DNA of 64,000 bases from Methanobrevibacter sp. Lineage in GTDB: Archaea > Methanobacteriota > Methanobacteria > Methanobacteriales > Methanobacteriaceae. A program made the translations under genes and the position numbers. Shown in pieces: positions 9,172 through 17,310 of the stretch. How positions within the stretch are numbered: position 1 is the stretch's first letter; each line of letters opens with the position of its first letter. The stretch lies in contig NZ_JBGUIH010000002.1 in the NCBI RefSeq assembly GCF_045112895.1, positions 2,909-66,908 of the forward strand. Reading direction: 5' to 3'. Below the pieces are notes generated by a model. It had not been told where the DNA came from. It did not search any database and was given only the letters and a program-made list of their open reading frames with translations.

Positions 9172-9276
9172 TTATTTTTTCCAGGTTTGTTTAACTCCTC
9201 TTCCTCTTTTACTACCAGGTTTGGTATAACTTCTTTTTTGTCTGGTTCTTCTGTTAGTTCCTTTAACTTTTGCCAT
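9172..9276 (-). CDS. 34-aa highly basic small protein
   Basis: Below the track cut-off. Own translation: MAKVKGTNRRTRQKRSYTKPGSKRGRGVKQTWKK (14 K/R, no acidic residues). Strong SD AAGGAGGG 6 nt upstream of the ATG, and a T7 run just after the stop. Confidence 0.5.
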   Translation of the reverse strand: MAKVKGTNRRTRQKRSYTKPGSKRGRGVKQTWKK

Positions 9277-9368
9277 GATTTTCCCTCCTTACAATTGATA
9301 ATAAAAATAAATTAGAATTATATATATAACAAAAAAATATTTGTTTTTAATATATTTAAAGGTTTTCT

Positions 9369-10592
9369 TTAAGTGGTATATTCTGCATTGATTTTGACAT
9401 AATCGTAAGTTAAATCACAACCCCATGCAGTAGCTTCACCTTCACCTAAATGCATATCAATATTCACAATAACATTTTTAGACTGCATTATCTTTTCGGC
9501 CCTTTCAAGATAAGGAGTATCTTCAAATGCTAAGATTTCCCCTTTTCTGACCAGATCCACTTCATCTGCATCACTTGCAACGGATATTGTTACAATATCG
9601 GGATTCAAATCACAACCGGAGTATCCGATTGCAGAAACTATCCTTCCCCAATTAGGATCGCCGCCAAATACTGCAGATTTAAAAAGACTGGAAGAGATGA
9701 TGGATTTAGCGGCCAATTTCGCATCTTCAAAATCTTTAGCCCCATAAACATTTGCTTCAATGAATTTTGTTGCCCCTTCACCATCACGAGCCATTTTTTT
9801 AGCCAAGTCAATGCAAAGATAATTAAGGGCTTCCTGGAAATTGGAATCCAATTTACCGTCTTTGACAACATCAACGCCTGATGCTCCATTCGCCATCATA
9901 AGGCAGGTGTCATTTGTACTTTCATCACCGTCAACGACAATCATGTTAAAGCTAATGTCGGCGGCTTTTTTTAATGCCTTATTGATTTCATCAGATGGGA
10001 TAACGGCATCACTAACAATAAATGACAGCATTGTTCCCATGTTCGGCGCAATCATTCCGCTTCCTTTTGTAATTCCTGCAATCTTAACAACTTCACCTGT
10101 TGTTAAAGTAACTTCAACTGCACATTCTTTTGGAAATGTATCGGTTGTCATTATGGCTTTTGCAGCGGCAAGGGAATTTTCTGGATTGTTGCCTAATTTG
10201 GAAAGGGAATCATATGCCACTTTGGAAATAATGTCAATTGGCATTTCACGGCCAATGACCCCTGTTGAAGAAATGGCAATTTCATCTGAAGGAATATCCA
10301 AATCCTTAGATACCAGATCAACCAAAGTTTCACAATCCTTTAAACCCTGTTGACCTGTAAAGCAATTTGCATTGCCACTATTTACAAAAACAGCTGAAAT
10401 AATGCCTTTTTTAAGTACATTTTTTGTATATTTGACTGGAGCCGCAACTACCTTATTTGAAGTAAAGACAGCTGACGCAGTACTATTCGGTGAAAGAATT
10501 ATAGATACTCCATATTTGCCTTCACGTGATCCAGATACTTTAAGATTTTCAATGACAGAAAATCCACCCTCTAATTCTTTAATAAAATCCAT
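9369..10592 (-). CDS. argJ: bifunctional ornithine acetyltransferase / N-acetylglutamate synthase
   Basis: ArgJ motifs IMTTDTFPKE and TKGSGMIAPNMGTML. I prefer ATG at 10592 (MDFIKEL) over the track GTG at 10601. Confidence 0.9.
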   Translation of the reverse strand: MDFIKELEGGFSVIENLKVSGSREGKYGVSIILSPNSTASAVFTSNKVVAAPVKYTKNVLKKGIISAVFVNSGNANCFTGQQGLKDCETLVDLVSKDLDIPSDEIAISSTGVIGREMPIDIISKVAYDSLSKLGNNPENSLAAAKAIMTTDTFPKECAVEVTLTTGEVVKIAGITKGSGMIAPNMGTMLSFIVSDAVIPSDEINKALKKAADISFNMIVVDGDESTNDTCLMMANGASGVDVVKDGKLDSNFQEALNYLCIDLAKKMARDGEGATKFIEANVYGAKDFEDAKLAAKSIISSSLFKSAVFGGDPNWGRIVSAIGYSGCDLNPDIVTISVASDADEVDLVRKGEILAFEDTPYLERAEKIMQSKNVIVNIDMHLGEGEATAWGCDLTYDYVKINAEYTT

Positions 10593-10610
10593 AAAAATCA
10601 CTAAAATTTA

Positions 10611-10979
10611 TTAATATGATGGTTCGACCGTTACATTCAGTTTTGTTAATGTATCATTGCTGTTGAAATCGACATTATCCAAATTACTGTCATAATAAAC
10701 CGGCTCTGTTTCATTAAGACCTGTAGTCATTTCCTCTGTAACATTTATCCAATGAGGACCATCACTACTGCCATTATCAAAAGATAAAGAGATTCCGATT
10801 CCTGCACCAATAACAAATGCAACTAAAGCTAGAATCACCAAAAAAACTGTGCGTCCACTACGTTTATGTTTATTCCCAGCATTCCTAGTGGGTTTCATTC
10901 TTTTTTGTCTTCTTGAAGTTTTTTGACGATTGTCTCTTGGAGAAACCAAAACTCTTTTATCATCTTTTTTTCGTCTCAT
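10611..10979 (-). CDS. single-pass membrane protein with strongly basic N-terminus
   Basis: 122 aa. About 44 K/R-rich residues, then the TM segment VFLVILALVAFVIGAGIGISL, then an extracytoplasmic tail with N-x-T/S sequons. Starts 21 nt after the upstream gene's stop. Confidence 0.6.
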   Translation of the reverse strand: MRRKKDDKRVLVSPRDNRQKTSRRQKRMKPTRNAGNKHKRSGRTVFLVILALVAFVIGAGIGISLSFDNGSSDGPHWINVTEEMTTGLNETEPVYYDSNLDNVDFNSNDTLTKLNVTVEPSY

Positions 10980-11000
10980 TTTAATACTCTTTTCAATTTC

Positions 11001-12203
11001 TTAAGCAATAAATGCATAACCTAAAGCAATAATAACTCCCACAAAACTAAACATTCCAAGTCCCAAAACAGACATCAAATATGCAAATATGAATACAAAT
11101 GCAAAAACACCAATCAGTTTTGCTTTTTCATTTTCTATTAGATTAATTAATGTCCTTGTGAACTCTGATGGAATATTATAAGCATACAAACCATTGGCTA
11201 ATTCAAATACCACTAATGACAATGGGGCAGTTGAGCTTACATCATCTACAAGCTGAGCTCTCTCACCCGCTTCTCTTCTACTTCTTCCAACACCGGCTCT
11301 AATTTTTGCGCCGTTGTCAAGTGCAAACCATGCGGCATCAAGTCCGGCACGTATTGCCAAATCCTTAGATGGGAATCTTGCAATAAAATCATCACCGCCT
11401 TCACGATAGCCTTCAAGCTCTCCGTCACATTCGCTTTCGATGAAATTCTTAATGCCTGTCATCAACTCGACAAGCTGATTTCTGCCATGCTTGTCAATGA
11501 ATTTAGTGGAATCGATTAAATCAATGAACAGATAATTCTCCAAATCGACAGGATGTGATTCCTGAAGCAGGAATGGTGAATCAAAGACAAGCGCATATTC
11601 TCCGCCCAGTTTTGTAAATGCAATGCCTGGAAAACTGCCTACGTTTTGAGTGTAATGAATAGCACGTTCAATTGCTGCTGCACCGGTCATTCCAACAGCG
11701 GAAATTACCTGAACATCTTTGGACAATCCTATTCCAATCAGTTCGATAGCTACACGAATTGCATCATTTTTGCTTAACATTTTAGCAATCAGTTCTGTTG
11801 CGGTTTTTTCGACAACCTCACCGTTTTCGTTTTCAATAATCTTTACGAAAATATTAATTAAGTTAGATGGGTTGGGAATCTCAATGTAGAAGTAACGATC
11901 GCTACCCATAATAATATTACTTACAAGCGCATATTCCTCAATTCTGTTTTCAGCAGGAGCCAATTCATAAAATGTATAGTCTTTAGGAATATTTTCTCCA
12001 CCGACATCCCGAATAAGGTTCTGTTGAATTGAATCGGAAGTAATTTCGGCTTTTTCAAGCTCGAAAAGAATGGTTTGAGTGTAATTGAACAACTCAACAT
12101 ATTCTGTTTCTAAAGAATTTGTAGGAAAGAATTTTGTTCCAACAGCGATTGGATTTAATTTAGTAGTCAACCTGATTATTGCCTTGGTTAAAAAATTAAC
12201 CAT
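11001..12203 (-). CDS. membrane-anchored protein with GGDEF/Cas10-Palm-like nucleotide-cyclase core (GGDD motif)
   Basis: 400 aa. Residues about 222-315 read FIDLIDSTKFIDKHG ... REGGDDFIARF ... IRAGVGRS, the pattern of Palm-domain cyclases. C-terminal TM residues are about 362-400. Has an 8-nt overlap with the NYN gene. Confidence 0.55.
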   Translation of the reverse strand: MVNFLTKAIIRLTTKLNPIAVGTKFFPTNSLETEYVELFNYTQTILFELEKAEITSDSIQQNLIRDVGGENIPKDYTFYELAPAENRIEEYALVSNIIMGSDRYFYIEIPNPSNLINIFVKIIENENGEVVEKTATELIAKMLSKNDAIRVAIELIGIGLSKDVQVISAVGMTGAAAIERAIHYTQNVGSFPGIAFTKLGGEYALVFDSPFLLQESHPVDLENYLFIDLIDSTKFIDKHGRNQLVELMTGIKNFIESECDGELEGYREGGDDFIARFPSKDLAIRAGLDAAWFALDNGAKIRAGVGRSRREAGERAQLVDDVSSTAPLSLVVFELANGLYAYNIPSEFTRTLINLIENEKAKLIGVFAFVFIFAYLMSVLGLGMFSFVGVIIALGYAFIA

Positions 12204-13221
12204 CTAAGCCCCCTCCCTTCTCGAGCTCTATTTCGAACTCGCCAGGTTTTTCTAAAAGCATATCCGGCTTTACAGAAACGAAAGGAAACTTCCAGGACCC
12301 CAGTCTTCCAGCTATTGTACTTGCAATATTTCTGGAATTCCTTTTGATGAATACCTCATCATGAGCGCTTACTCGAACTAGAATATTATATGGTGCATAT
12401 TCTGTAACTTCATCAGCCAGCATAATATTCAATTCGAAATTGCCTGGTTTTGTAAATAAATCGTTGCGAACTGCAATCAAAGGTTTTTTCTCAAGACCTA
12501 ATCTGTCAGCAACAGTAACTGAAATGTTTCCTGCATTTTTAACCGCAACCTTATAATCTTTAGGATGAACAAGTACAAAAATCACATATGGAGCGGCTGT
12601 TTCAACATCATCAACCATCTCTACAATCTTGTTGAACATTGGAATTTTTGCAAAAATGTTTTCAAGCTTGGATTGTGCATTGCTATCATTATCAATACGG
12701 ATAATGGCCTGTTTAGCGATGTTTAAAGGAGAAATTTCCAAGCCTTCCTTACCTGTGTATATTTCCCATTTCTTAAAGGTCAATTCTTTAATAATCTCTT
12801 CACATATGTGCTGAAGGATATTTTTATCCTTTTTAGGTTTTTTTGGTTTTCCAAATGTGAGTCTGTCGTTTTCGATGACAAATGGAATTCTCATAGAAGA
12901 GATATTCCTGAATTCAGCAGCATAATCTCTGAATTTATCATTAGACAGAATTTTAGCTTTTTCGCGAGTAGCAATATCTAAAATAAAATGATCTGCATCA
13001 TTACCTGCTGGAACCTCTTCTACATTTTCACTTTCCAGCAATCTTAAAAATTTTTCCTTATCGTCAATGTCATGACGAAGTGATGCATCGGCAATAATTA
13101 CAAATTCATCTTCACTTTCTTCTAATGCCTTGACCGCAGCAAGAATATTAGACATTTGAGGCTGTCCATTTTCGTTTTTTACATGATATGCAACATTAGA
13201 AGCATCTACGACCACTTTCAT
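12196..13221 (-). CDS. NYN (Zc3h12a-like) ribonuclease-domain protein with tandem C-terminal repeat domains
   Basis: N-terminus VVVDASNVA...FVIIADASLRHD...GNDADHFILD...ILSNDKFRDY matches the NYN/PIN-like acidic residue pattern. The track start GTG (13230) sits inside AGGTGA, so ATG at 13221 is preferred. Confidence 0.7.
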   Translation of the reverse strand: MKVVVDASNVAYHVKNENGQPQMSNILAAVKALEESEDEFVIIADASLRHDIDDKEKFLRLLESENVEEVPAGNDADHFILDIATREKAKILSNDKFRDYAAEFRNISSMRIPFVIENDRLTFGKPKKPKKDKNILQHICEEIIKELTFKKWEIYTGKEGLEISPLNIAKQAIIRIDNDSNAQSKLENIFAKIPMFNKIVEMVDDVETAAPYVIFVLVHPKDYKVAVKNAGNISVTVADRLGLEKKPLIAVRNDLFTKPGNFELNIMLADEVTEYAPYNILVRVSAHDEVFIKRNSRNIASTIAGRLGSWKFPFVSVKPDMLLEKPGEFEIELEKGGGLDG

Positions 13222-13302
13222 AATAATCACCTAATAATAATATGTAACATAAATATTCAATTCGGTATAATATATTTTAATATTCTATTATTTAAACTTA
13301 AT

Positions 13303-14046
13303 TTATAGTTCATTTCTCGGATATTTTCCAAATAACAATTTTTCTCCACCGACATTATTTAGAAAAATCTCTATTTCATCATCTGTAATGTTATACACAT
13401 TATAAGAATTCCTGATGTTTCCCCTAAGCTTTGTAGAACATAGGGAACCGGCATTAACAACAATAGTTTCGTTTATTCTCCATATATTCGGAACATGCTT
13501 GTGTCCGGATAAAATCAAATCAACTTCATGTGTTGTTAAAGTTTTTAGAATATCGCCTGCATCTGATAAAACATTACGTTCACGACCAGTTTGTGGAATG
13601 GAAATCACATGGTGGTGCAAAGCAACAATAGAGAAATTTTCATTTATTACGCATTCATCCAATTGGTGTTCCAACCACATATGTTGAGGGCCTCCGATAT
13701 GGCCTCTATCCTCATCGGGAGAACTGCTGTCCAAACCTATTACTGTAAGGTCTTCACCAACACTCAATTTCCAGCTTCTCTCACCAATCAGCTCTTCAAA
13801 GGTCTGATAACCTAAATTACGTGCATCATGGTTTCCAGGAACTACAAATAATGGAGCTTCAAACATTTCCAAATATTTTTTTGCCTGTTCAAATTCAACA
13901 TAATAGCCGTGACCAGTCAAATCGCCGGTTAAAACTATCATATCCGGTTTTAGGTTATTGATTTCGCTTGCTGCCTGCATGAAAACTTCTTCATCAAAAT
14001 CCGATTTTGATGTGTGCAGATCTGAAATATGTGCAATTACAGTCAT
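13303..14046 (-). CDS. calcineurin-like metallophosphoesterase
   Basis: 247 aa with motifs ISDLH, TGDLT, PGNHD, LHHH and SGHKH. Starts 5 nt after the nac stop. Confidence 0.85.
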   Translation of the reverse strand: MTVIAHISDLHTSKSDFDEEVFMQAASEINNLKPDMIVLTGDLTGHGYYVEFEQAKKYLEMFEAPLFVVPGNHDARNLGYQTFEELIGERSWKLSVGEDLTVIGLDSSSPDEDRGHIGGPQHMWLEHQLDECVINENFSIVALHHHVISIPQTGRERNVLSDAGDILKTLTTHEVDLILSGHKHVPNIWRINETIVVNAGSLCSTKLRGNIRNSYNVYNITDDEIEIFLNNVGGEKLLFGKYPRNEL

Positions 14047-14051
14047 TTTAT

Positions 14052-14411
14052 CTATTGATTCAATTTCATGATGGCTTCTGCAAGGTCTCCTTTACACTCT
14101 TCAAGTGCGGCTCTTGCTTCGTCTTCGGAAACGTTAGCGCTATTGGCTACCATTTCAACATCTTCATCAGGAATTTCAACCTCGTATTCAAGTTCAACTT
14201 CACGAGCCTTACCCTCAATTTGGTAAGTTTCCTGACCCATTACATTCATTAAGCTTACGCTAGGATTGTCGATGATTAATTCTTTTTCATCAAAACGGAT
14301 AATGACTTCACGGGCACCTTCAAGTTCTTCCATTTTCATGCCCATCTTTTTCATTTGCCTTTCCATCTGTTTCATTTGTTTTTTATTCATACCAGGTATC
14401 ATAGTAAACAC
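14052..14411 (-). CDS. nac: nascent polypeptide-associated complex protein (archaeal NAC)
   Basis: 119 aa. Has an MNKKQMKQMERQMKKMGMKMEEL leader, a NAC beta-barrel segment and a C-terminal UBA-like SEDEARAALEECKGDLAEAIMKL. Confidence 0.85.
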   Translation of the reverse strand: MFTMIPGMNKKQMKQMERQMKKMGMKMEELEGAREVIIRFDEKELIIDNPSVSLMNVMGQETYQIEGKAREVELEYEVEIPDEDVEMVANSANVSEDEARAALEECKGDLAEAIMKLNQ

Positions 14412-14489
14412 TCAATAAAATAACTATTTATAAATATATTTTTAATTATTATTAAAACTTGCTTAATTCTAAAAAAATAAGAAGAGGGA

Positions 14490-15629
14490 TTAATTTTCAA
14501 ATCCATAAATCTCGGTTTCGAATGTTTTTGCAACATCCTTTAGTACTTCAGGAATGTTGATTTGCTGAGGGCATTCCTCTATGCAATTTTCACATTCTAT
14601 GCAATCGGAAGCTATTCCAACACCAGGGAGCTTAGAATAGTTTAAATAAGCATTTCCAAATTGTGTCCAATCATCCTTCTCTAGAAGTTTATGCTTATTG
14701 TACAAGTCAAACAGCTTAGCAATATCAATCTCTTCAGAGCATGTATCAACACAATATCTGCATTTTGTACAGTCCACAGTGATGTTGCTGTTAATGATTT
14801 CTGACACCTTCTCGAGAAGTTCCAATTCTTCCTCATTTAACGGATCCGCATTTTCAAATTCATGAATATTATCTTCAAGCTGCTTCAAATTGCTTGCTCC
14901 GGTTAAAACAACACAAGCATCCAGGTTAGCTACAAACCTCATCGCCCATGAAACGACTGATTTATCAGGATTATATTCCTTCATTAATTTTTCAGCCTCC
15001 TCTGGCACATCTGCCAAAAATCCCCCTTTATACGGCTCCATAATCATTACTTGTTTATTGTATTTTTTTGCAACTTCCAAACATTTCCTAGATTCGATTC
15101 CCTCATCTTCCCAATCAAGATAGTTTATTTGAAGCAAAACAAATTCCAATTCCGGATGCTCAAATAGGATCTCTTCTAGGAATTCCGCATCACCATGGGT
15201 TGATAGGCCAATGTGTCTGATATATCCTTCTTCCTTTTTCTTTTGGATGAATGAATACAAGTCAACATTTTTCCAGGCGGTTTCCGTAAAACCGCTTACA
15301 TTATGCAGCATGTAATAATCAAAATATTCGACACCGCAATTCTTGAGCTGTTCAGCAAATAGCGGCTCCAATTGTGATTCTTCTGTAATTACAAATAAAG
15401 GCAATTTAGTTGCAATTTTAAATGATTCACGAGGATATCTCTCAACGACACATTTTTTAAATGCATCCTCCCCTACGCCTTCATGATAAACATATGCGGT
15501 GTCGAAGTAATCGAAACCCGCATCCATATATTTATCCACCATCTGATTAACCTGTTCATAATCAATGCTTGTAAAATCGTTTTCATCCAGAAGCGGAAGC
15601 CTCATCATTCCCATACCTAATTTGACCAT
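14490..15629 (-). CDS. aldo/keto reductase with C-terminal 4Fe-4S ferredoxin-like domain
   Basis: 379 aa with AKR N-terminus GMMRLP...YFDTAYVYHEG. The C-terminus carries CTKCRYCVDTC and CIECENCIEECP cysteine clusters. Confidence 0.85.
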   Translation of the reverse strand: MVKLGMGMMRLPLLDENDFTSIDYEQVNQMVDKYMDAGFDYFDTAYVYHEGVGEDAFKKCVVERYPRESFKIATKLPLFVITEESQLEPLFAEQLKNCGVEYFDYYMLHNVSGFTETAWKNVDLYSFIQKKKEEGYIRHIGLSTHGDAEFLEEILFEHPELEFVLLQINYLDWEDEGIESRKCLEVAKKYNKQVMIMEPYKGGFLADVPEEAEKLMKEYNPDKSVVSWAMRFVANLDACVVLTGASNLKQLEDNIHEFENADPLNEEELELLEKVSEIINSNITVDCTKCRYCVDTCSEEIDIAKLFDLYNKHKLLEKDDWTQFGNAYLNYSKLPGVGIASDCIECENCIEECPQQINIPEVLKDVAKTFETEIYGFEN

Positions 15630-15647
15630 AATTTTCCCTCTTTATAT

Positions 15648-16733
15648 TTATTTTGCACCTATAACCTCTTTGACATATGGAACTTTGCTAAGCAAATGCA
15701 TTGTTATAAGTGAACTAGCCACAATTAAAATGAACATTGCAATTACATGACTGTAAAATTCCCCATATGGTAATATTTTTGCGTATATGCATAAAAACAT
15801 TCCTTGAATTAAATATATTCCATAGCTATATCTTGCCAGATATGCCACCAGTTTCCTAAATAAATTTTCTAAAGGCTTTATAGCATCGAAATGCAAATTG
15901 AATTTTTCAAAATTCTTGAACAATAAGAATATGCCTGCCACTTCCAAAGCCATAGGTAAAGAATAGCGATCCAATGTCACCATATTGTTTGGTGAAGATA
16001 AATAACAGACAATAACCAGCATGCCTATTGCAGATATCAGTACTAATGCCAAATCAAAATAAGGATTGTTTAGAATTTTCCTCTCGGTATGCCTTAAATA
16101 ATAACCCAAAACAGTCAGACCAATTGGGCTTGTAAAATAGGACAATTTAATTGGAAAAGACATGTTTAAAGTGTAGTCAAACAAACAGGTAATCAGCCAT
16201 ATCATCAAAAAGTATTCCACTTCGCCCAATTCGCAATTCGCAAGCCATTTATTGAAAATCGGCATGATTAGATAAGTGCCCAAAATCATCCAAAAGAACC
16301 AATAGGGCGTAAAACCCGGTGAAGTGGACATGAAAGCGCCATAAACAAATTTTAGTATTGAATATGCATCAAAGGAATACAAAAACTTAAATCCAAAATA
16401 ATAAGACAATAAAATTCCAATTGCACTTAGTATTAAACCCCAGAATATAAACGGGGAGACAATTCGTGGAATCTTCTTTCCTAGAAATTCCCTAATCGTC
16501 CAGACACGCCCCAATGACAGCGCCCCAGCCAACATCAAAAATAAATCTACACCTATCCTAAAGCAGTTTCCAAGAGTTTGAGAGAAAATCCAACCTAAAG
16601 AAGGAATTACATCATATTCCGCCATCACATATGTCCTGGTTACTGCATAAACATGGACTACAATAACACAAATAATGGCCAATGCCCTTAATGCATCAAA
16701 ATAGAAAATCCTCTTTGATTTAGCAACAGTCAT
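15648..16733 (-). CDS. acyltransferase family 3 integral membrane protein
   Basis: 361 aa, polytopic. N-terminal RIFYFDALRALAIICVIVVHV signature. Confidence 0.8.
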   Translation of the reverse strand: MTVAKSKRIFYFDALRALAIICVIVVHVYAVTRTYVMAEYDVIPSLGWIFSQTLGNCFRIGVDLFLMLAGALSLGRVWTIREFLGKKIPRIVSPFIFWGLILSAIGILLSYYFGFKFLYSFDAYSILKFVYGAFMSTSPGFTPYWFFWMILGTYLIMPIFNKWLANCELGEVEYFLMIWLITCLFDYTLNMSFPIKLSYFTSPIGLTVLGYYLRHTERKILNNPYFDLALVLISAIGMLVIVCYLSSPNNMVTLDRYSLPMALEVAGIFLLFKNFEKFNLHFDAIKPLENLFRKLVAYLARYSYGIYLIQGMFLCIYAKILPYGEFYSHVIAMFILIVASSLITMHLLSKVPYVKEVIGAK

Positions 16734-16773
16734 ATGAAAATATATTTAAATAAAGCTTTTAATAATAATTTCT

Positions 16774-17310
16774 ATGACTAATAAACGATGCAGTTGGGTA
16801 ACTGATGATGAAATATACGTCAGATACCATGATGAGGAATGGGGAGTTCCAACTCATGATGATCAGGAACTGTTTGAAATGCTGGTGCTGGAGTCATTTC
16901 AAGCGGGACTTTCATGGATTACGATTCTTAAAAAAAGGGAAAACTTTAAAAAAGCTTTTGACAACTTTGATTATGAAAAAATAGCCGAATATGGTGAGGA
17001 TAAAATCGAAGAACTGCGATTAGATGCTGGAATTATTCGCCATAAAGGAAAAATCAGTGCCGCAATCAACAATGCAGAGATATTTATCGATATTCAAAAA
17101 GAGTTTGGAAGCTTTGATGAATACATTTGGGGTTTTACTGATGGTGAAATCATTAAAGCGGAATTTGAAACCGAATCAGAACTATCCAAAAACATTTCTA
17201 AAGATTTGAAAAAGCGCGGAATGAAATTTGTTGGCCCGACAATAATCTATTCTTATCTCGAATCCATTGGAATCATTGACAATCACGAAAAGGAGTGCTT
17301 CAAGTTCTAG
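16774..17310 (+). CDS. tag: DNA-3-methyladenine glycosylase I
   Basis: 178 aa with RCSWVTDDEIYVRYHDEEWGVP and LSWITILKKRENF motifs of Tag. No SD, and a TATA-like TTTAAATAAA lies about 26 nt upstream. Confidence 0.9.
   Translation: MTNKRCSWVTDDEIYVRYHDEEWGVPTHDDQELFEMLVLESFQAGLSWITILKKRENFKKAFDNFDYEKIAEYGEDKIEELRLDAGIIRHKGKISAAINNAEIFIDIQKEFGSFDEYIWGFTDGEIIKAEFETESELSKNISKDLKKRGMKFVGPTIIYSYLESIGIIDNHEKECFKF

Noticed and set aside
1-9300. Prophage or integrative element in the accessory-looking left end
   Set aside because: No integrase, transposase, terminase, capsid-like gene or flanking tRNA/att-like repeat is visible. There is only a weak PD-(D/E)XK-like ORF. The evidence is insufficient to call a mobile element.
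9841-10353. 170-aa plus-strand ORF inside argJ, and similar antisense or alternative-frame ORFs (e.g. 2627..2995, 31081..31380, 33226..33606, 35564..36055, 40451..40852, 50403..50765)
   Set aside because: All lie fully within confidently assigned genes on the other strand or frame. Their compositions are biased (Ser/Leu/Ile/Pro rich), and no family resemblance is visible.
13303-14046. Counting the metallophosphoesterase as an integral fourth component of the NYN/cyclase-like operon
   Set aside because: It is translationally coupled to nac instead. It is separated from the NYN gene by a promoter-like AT-rich gap, so linkage is only positional. I kept it as a low-interest note.
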